From: the human T2T-CHM13v2.0 reference genome, Homo sapiens
DNA: 64,000 nucleotides
NCBI RefSeq assembly: GCF_009914755.1
Contig: NC_060926.1
Strand: one strand, 5' to 3'
Below the pieces are notes generated by a model that ran no database searches, had not been told where the DNA came from, and saw only the letters and a program-made list of their open reading frames with translations. The first letter of the stretch is position 1; each line of letters begins with the position of its first letter. Shown piece by piece: positions 57,500 to 64,000 of the stretch. Both the position numbers and the translations under genes were made by a program.

Positions 57500-60030
57500 T
57501 GTAGTATGTAAACCAGATATCTGAGGCAACTTCCATCTCGATAACGACAAATAAACACACCAACAGAAAAATTAGGTTCTATGGAAAAGATACTTTTTAA
57601 AATATTTGAGGTAAGAAAAATCTCCATGGGCCCTCAGACCAAACAAGTAAAAACAAACAAATCATAAAAATGTGAAACTGAAGCAATAAGTAGTGATGCC
57701 GAATGAAGAGACACTCCAGGGCCAGATGCTGACTGGTGCTGTGATCTAGGGAGTAAGCCTCAGCAGCCTGGAACCTTAGAGGCCTTTGAAAGAGACCACA
57801 GAGATTTCAAGTCAGTTACATTTACTGATTTCTAAATGTCCACAGTGTCCAAAATAATCAATTTAGGCACTTAGAATTGATGCAAATTTGTATTAAGCAA
57901 ATTTGAGCTCACAAATGAAATAACCAGATCTAAAGGTAATGAACCACCATGAATAGGAGTCAGAAGCAAAAACTAAAATCAGGGTCTTAGAATCCAAAAG
58001 ACTTTTGATGCTGCAATTATTTCATAATTGTTATTAAAAACTGGCTTATGTAAATGAACATATTACTAAGAAACACATCCTTCAAACAGTGATAGAGATT
58101 TTAAAAATAACCAGAAAAAATTATACATATGAATAAAAGTGGTACATAATCCAAAATATAATAGATGAGAAAATTAGACATTGCTTCATAAAAATGAAAT
58201 AAACAAAAATCTCAGAACTAAATTTTGGTAGCAAATATGTTTATTGGGAAAGGGAAAAGATAATTTACAAACAAATTATTAAAAATTTAGCAAGATAACT
58301 GTATATAATATCAACATAAAATCTGTATTTCTGTTCACCAGCAAATAAGATTTGGTAAATATAATTTTAAGGTATTATTTATAATAGCAAAACATCATAA
58401 AGTAATGAGGAATACATTTAATTAAATATGTGCCAGAAAGAGATAATTATATAATCATATTGAACAATATTAAGCCCTAAATAAGTGAGAAAATGTACAA
58501 TATTCTTATATAAAACAATTCAATATAATCACTGTATCTACTCTCTCCAAATTTATCAAGAGTTTTGTACACTTAATCAATATCCCAAGTATTGATTTTG
58601 TAAATGAAATAACAAACCAGTTCCAAAATATGTGTGGTAGAGCAAGTCCAAGCATAAGTTGGCTCAGCTTGCCTATTATATAGTAAGACATCTGGCGTTA
58701 TACTGATTAAGTTACTTGATATAGGCACAGAAATTGATATGTTGATAAATGGAACAAAAAGAGAGACTAGACTCAGACCCACAAATAATATGAAAACATC
58801 AAATGATGGGCATGGCTGTGTAGATCTTTAAGGAAAAAATGTTATTCAATAAAAGGTCTAGTTATTCATACAGAAAAATTAATTGGATCATAATCTTATA
58901 CTACATACAAAATTAATTCTAGTGGATTAAAGACTTAAATTTGAAAGACCAACTTCAACACTTTTTAAAGTGTTAGAAAGTGTAGGAAATTATTTTCTCA
59001 AACTAGGGAAATGTATCTTAAATAAGATGTAGACTCTAATCACAAAAGGAAAGACTAGGATTTAAGATATCAATTAGACAAAAGCATCATAAGAAAATTA
59101 AAAATGCAAGCGCTGAATTGGTAGGAGAAATGTAAAATAAAGTATTTTCCTCTCTAAAATTTAAGTAACACTTTTAAATCAATAAGGAATATACAAATAA
59201 TCCTATTTTTAGAAAAATACAGAAAGTGTGAAATATTACAGAGAAGAGAAAATATAAATGGCCCATGAACATATGAAAACATGCTCACCCTGGTTAATAA
59301 TCAGAAAAATGGAAATTGAGATTATAATAACATATAATTTCATAGTGCTTAGATTGCTAACAGTTATAAAGTCTGGCAGCATGAAGTATTGAAAAGGATG
59401 CGTGTCAGACAAATTTGCTGTAGGTTGTGTGATTAGGAACAATCATTTTGGAAAATGCCATTTTCTTGCAACACTCAATAATCACATACATATTGATCTA
59501 ACATTTGCACTCTTAATTATATATGTTACGGTAACTCTTATACATGAACACAGGAACAAAAGTGTTCACAGCAACCTTTATGTATATGTGTGCATGTGTG
59601 TATGTGCTGTTTGTAAAATAACAAAAAAATAAAAAATTGAAAACAGTAAGTAACCATTGTCAAAGGACTGGATAAAGTGTGATACCTTTGTTCAATAGAA
59701 TATCATACAGAAATAAAAATAAATATCATCTCTAACCAATAGCATGTATGAATCTTAGAATTAGAGGCCAAGCAATATAAAATTAACAAACCTTCAACAA
59801 TATGGTCTTCTTCTAACATACATTTTCAAAAGATAATTTAAAGAAGTATTCTTCAAGGAAGATGGAAACGGGAATAGGACAGACATGGAGCACATGCTTA
59901 AAACTATCTTGATGCTATTCTAGATATTAAGATGCATGGTGGATTTATCAGTTCATTTTATTTTTGCACTTCCTTCTGTAGATATGCACTACAATTATCC
60001 TTCAGTATACATATTTAATGTTATAAATAC
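57500..60030 (+). mobile_element. Ancient L1ME-like element with large deletions
   Basis: ORF2-like tataatatcaacataaaatctgtatttct and ataaatggcccatgaacatatgaaaacatgctcacc. Confidence 0.6.
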
Positions 60031-60079
60031 ATTTAAAACCCAACAAATGAGATTTCTAAGGTACTAAACTTATTGTGGC

Positions 60080-60285
60080 TTGCTGAAGTGGCAGCAGTAG
60101 ATTCCAGCTTCTTATACTGGAAGGTTATGACTCAGCCTCTCCACTGGCCAACAGCGTGATGTGTGAAAGAACACAAGCTCTGTCTCCCTCAGTTTTATTA
60201 TTTGTAAAATGAAGATAATAATTACACACTGATCAGGAGGACAAAATGTCTGTATACTTTAGCCAGTACCAGGCACTCAGATGAA
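60080..60285 (+). mobile_element. MIR SINE
   Basis: cctcagttttattatttgtaaaatgaagataataat...cagtaccaggcactcag. Confidence 0.65.
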
Positions 60286-60454
60286 GTGTCCTTGTGGGGG
60301 GCCATTATAGTTTTTCTTGTTGTGGTAAAAATGTCCTTTCACCAGCTATTTTGCGTCTGTTGGGGCACTGTCCTTCCATGGGCTACATGAAGAATGTTGG
60401 CTACAAGGAATAGCTAAAATACTAAAGATTATTGTTACAGTAGAATTATTTTCT

Positions 60455-60971
60455 TTTTTAAAAAAAATTTTATTGACAAATTAAAGTTGTATTTATTCAT
60501 GATGTTAAACATGATTTGTTTTATTTGTTTCTTGAGACAGTCTCGCTCTGTTGCCCAGGCTGGAGTGCAGTGGCACAATCTCTACTGACTGCAACCTCTG
60601 CCTCCACCTCCCGAGTTCCAGTGATTCTCATGCCTCAACCTCCTGAGTAGCTGGGTCTGCAGGTGTGAGCCACCACAAGTGGCTAATTTTTGTATTTTTA
60701 GTACAGATGGGGTTTCATCATGTTGGCCAGGCTTGTCTCCAACTCCCGGCCTCAAGTGATCCACCTGCCTCGGTCTCCCAAAGTGCTGGGATTACAGGTG
60801 TAATGTTTTGATATATGTGTGCATTGTAGAATGGCTGAATCAAGCTAATTAACATATGTATGACCTCATATACTTAACATTTTATTTGTATTAAGAACAT
60901 TTAAAGTCTACATTTTTTAACCAATTTTCAGTATTCAATATTTTATTATTAACTATTGTCACCATGATGTA
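60455..60971 (-). mobile_element. L1MA (L1MA4-like) 3' end, interrupted by Alu and cut by MSTA
   Basis: cattgtagaatggctgaatcaagctaattaacatatg...ttaactattgtcaccatg. Confidence 0.8.
60516..60801 (-). mobile_element. Alu (AluJb/S-like), lacking roughly the first 20 nt
   Basis: gagacagtctcgctctgttgcccaggctggagtgcagtgg...gggattacaggtgt. Confidence 0.93.
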
Positions 60972-61391
60972 TGATATAATTTGGATGTTTTCCTGCCCAA
61001 ATCTCATGTTGAATTGTAATCCCGTGTTGGAGGTGGGTTCTGGTGGGAGATGATTGGATTATGGTAGTGAATTTCTCATGAATGGTGTCACACCATCCCT
61101 CTTGATACTATACTCATGATAGTGAGTGAGTTCTTATGAGATCTGGATGTTTAAAAGTGTGTGGCAACTTCCCTGACCCTCTCTTGCTCCTGCTTTTGTC
61201 ATGTGAAGTGTCTGCTCCCCTTTCACCTTCCACCATAATGGTAAGCTTCCCGAGACCTCCCCAGAACCTGAGCAGATGCTGCCATGCTTCCTGTACAGCT
61301 TGCAGAACTATAAGCCAATTAAACCTCTTTTATTTAAAAATTACCCAGTCTCAGGTATTTCTTTATAGTAATGCAAGAAACACCTAATACA
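60972..61391 (+). mobile_element. MSTA-like (ERVL-MaLR) 5' LTR
   Basis: TG...CA termini tgatataatttgg / cctaataca; ccaaatctcatgttgaattgtaatccc; attaaacctctttt. Confidence 0.9.
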
Positions 61392-61894
61392 GAAAATTGG
61401 TACTGAGTAGTGGGTCATTCCTATAAAGATACCTGGGAATGCAGAAGCAGCTTTGAAACTGGGTAATTGGGCAGAAGTTGGAAGGGTTTGGAAAGCTCAG
61501 AGGAAGACAGGAAGATGAGGGAAAATTTGGAACTTGCTAGAGATATGTTGAAAGTTTGTGACCAAAATGCTGATAGTGATATGGAAAATGAAGTCCAGAC
61601 TGAGGAGGTCTTGGAAGGAAATGAGCAACTTACTGAGAACTGAAGCAAAGGTCACATTTGCTATGCTTTAGCAAAGAACTTAGCTGCATCGTGCCCCTGC
61701 CCGTGGGATGTGTGAAACTATTCCCCGACCAAACTGACGGTTGGGCTGCTATTTCTCGCAGCCCAATAATGAGATATAGATGAACTGGGGAGAAAGAGAG
61801 GTTTTATTTTCTGCAACTCGTTACAGGGAGAAGGCCTGGAAATTATTGCCAGACCAACTCAAAATTACAAAGTTTTCCAAAGCTTATATACCTT

Positions 61895-62482
61895 TGTAAA
61901 AAGTAAAGTAGAGGTTCCTCTCCAAAGACTTTCCTCCCCATCTAATTAGGAATAAATAGTAACTTCTCTTAGAAGCAAAATTTATTCAAAGACCTGTGCT
62001 AACATTCTTAAATATCTGCTAGCCGTAATAAAGAAATTGATGTACTTTATGTTCTTGGCTTCCACAATTTAGCCTAAATTTTGCCCTGGCATGCTTATAC
62101 TGGTCCAAGCAAGCATTAGGTCATAGCCTGTTCCTCTTCCTTATTTGAAGATGTTTTTACCTTTCTTAGCATTCCACAAGTTACTTCCTCCTTCCTTTGT
62201 TCTATTCTGCCTTTGCCTCTTTTAAAAAGTTCTAAGTTGCTAGCCAATTGGGGCAAATACAGAATGTGAGGTCCCATTCCAGCCAATGGAAACTGGACAC
62301 AGCAGTAGGGTGGATGCATCAGGTTATAAATCACCCTGTCTCCTTTGTTTGGTGTACTCTTGTGACAAAACTGTTGGCGAGTGTACCCTTTCTGCAGAAA
62401 GTAAAAATGGCCTTGCTGAGGAAATTAAATTTATGTTCAGGTGCTATTTCTTTATGGTACCGGCGAACAAGCATTCCTAACA
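61895..62482 (+). mobile_element. LTR10C-like (HERVIP10, ERV1) solo LTR
   Basis: tgtaaaaagtaaagtagaggttcc...cattcctaaca; 4-bp TSD cctt at 61891-61894 and 62483-62486. Confidence 0.8.
62087..62330 (+). promoter_or_regulatory. LTR10 promoter motifs: p53-like triple half-site, two CCAAT boxes, TATA
   Basis: tggcatgctt|atactggtcc|aagcaagcat 62087-62116; ccaat at 62244 and 62283; tataaa 62325-62330. Confidence 0.4.
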
Positions 62483-64000
62483 CCTTTTAAGCTGTATGTC
62501 CATGTGTAAGTGTTCATTCATCTAAAGACATATGTGGTTAAATTCTTCTCATCTATAACTAAGATGTGAGTCCTGAAGACATTCTTTGGAGCTTCAGTAA
62601 ATTTACTTAACCTAAATGGGTCCAGGTACTGGGGTGATTACCCTTATGTTGTCTCCTGCTAAATCATGGAGCTTAGGGAGTTCCTTTAGACCCCCAATAA
62701 ACTTGTTTCTGGAGGCCTGGGCAGTTTCTTCAGACCCCCAATAAAACTTGTTTAATCCTAAAAGGGTCCTGTTAAGAATTCCTTCATTAACTTGTCATGC
62801 TTCGAAGCCCAGGAAAGATCTAGGCAAACTCTTGGTGAATTTTTTGTTACATTTCAGCCTTTGTATAAGGACGCTGGCTCAATCAGCTTTTAATGTTTAA
62901 CCTAGCTACTCGTTCAGTGCTGAGACAGTTGTAATGGATGCCTGCGTTAGTGAGACCTGGGCTGCCACAAAACTTTGAACTTGAATGTGATGATTTTGGG
63001 TATCTGGCAGAAGAAATTTTTAGGCAACAAAGCATTCAAGATTTGGCCTGGCTACTTCTAACACCTATTCTCAGATGTGAGAGCAAAGAAATGCCTTAAA
63101 ATTGAAACTTATATTTAAAAGAAAAGCAGAGCATAAAGGTTTGAAAAAGTTGCAGCCTGGTCATGTGGCAAAGAAAGAAAAAGCTTTTTCAGGAGAGGAT
63201 TTCAAGTAGGCTGTGGAGCTACCACTTGCTACAGAAATTTGCATTAACTAAAAAGAACCCAAGGGCTAATATCCAAGACAATGGGGAAAAGGTCTCAAAG
63301 GCATCTCAGATAATTTTGTGGCAGCCCCTTCTATCACATGCCCTGTGGTCTGGAAGGAAAGAATGCTTTCATGGGCCAGGCTAACAGGGCTCTGCTGCCC
63401 TGCACAGTCTTAGGACACTACTCCTCACATCCAGTACTGCTCCAGCTCCAGCCTCGGCTCAAAGTGGCTGAGGTTCAACTTGGGCTTATTTGTGGAGGGG
63501 GCAACTTGCCATGAGCTTTGGTGGCTTTTACATGGTGTTAAGCCTGCAGGTAGACAGAGGGCAAGTGTGAAGGAGATTTGGCACCCTAGATTTGAAAGGA
63601 TGTATGAGAAAGCCTGAGTGTCCAGGCAGAAGCCTATTACAAGGGCAGCACACTCACAGAAAACCTCTACTAGGGCAGTGTGGATGGGAAATGTAGGGTT
63701 TGATGCCCCACACAGAGTTCCCATTGAGGCACTGCCTAGGGGAGCTGTGGGAAGAGGGCCACTGTTCTACAGACCCTGTAATGATAGATCCACAAGCAAC
63801 ATGCACACTGCACCTGGAAAAGCTGCAGGCACTCAACCACTTGTGAAAACAGTCTCTGGGGTTATACCCTGCAAAGCTACAAAGGTGGCGATGCCCAAGG
63901 CCTTGGGAGCCCACCACTTGTACCATTGGGCCCTAGATGTGGGACATGGAGTAAAAGGTGATTATTTCAGAGATTTGAGATTTAAGGACTACCCTGCTGG

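Larger units (their letters stand above)
61719..62969 (-). mobile_element. PABL-like ERV1 solo LTR, interrupted by LTR10C
   Basis: rc start tgtggcagcccaggtctcactaacgcaggc; 4-bp TSD aaac at 61715-61718 and 62970-62973. Confidence 0.75.
61392..64000 (+). mobile_element. MST internal sequence, interrupted at 61719-62969 and running off the window
   Basis: gaaaattggtact directly after the LTR; ggaagatgagggaaaatttggaactt; ccccacacagagttcccattgaggcactgcctag. Confidence 0.9.

Noticed and set aside
62688-62753. Direct repeat agacccccaataaa(a)cttgttt x2
   Set aside because: Only two copies inside the PABL-like LTR, probably intrinsic to it; not a CRISPR-like array

Overview
AT-rich, repeat-dense primate (human-like) nuclear DNA, dominated by L1 with Alu, MIR, L2, DNA transposons and LTR elements. 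No protein-coding gene could be supported: nearly all tracked ORFs are fragments of L1 ORF1/ORF2, Tigger1 transposase, Alu or LTR sequence, or chance ORFs. The most informative structure is a Tigger1 (6980-19045) split by four separate insertions: a full-length L1PB1, a young tailless internal L1 ORF2 fragment with a TSD, a retrocopy of the C/D snoRNA SNORD80 (U80), and a truncated L1PA16-like element. The window also has three 5'-inverted (twin-primed) L1s, an apparent L1 3' transduction of a CpG-rich LTR fragment, a four-layer nest (L1MA, MSTA, PABL, LTR10C), templated micro-insertions and short hairpins. Family and subfamily names come from recalled consensus sequences, not from a search. 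I found no convincing undescribed biological system; the findings are unusual retrotransposition and repair footprints plus weak exon candidates.
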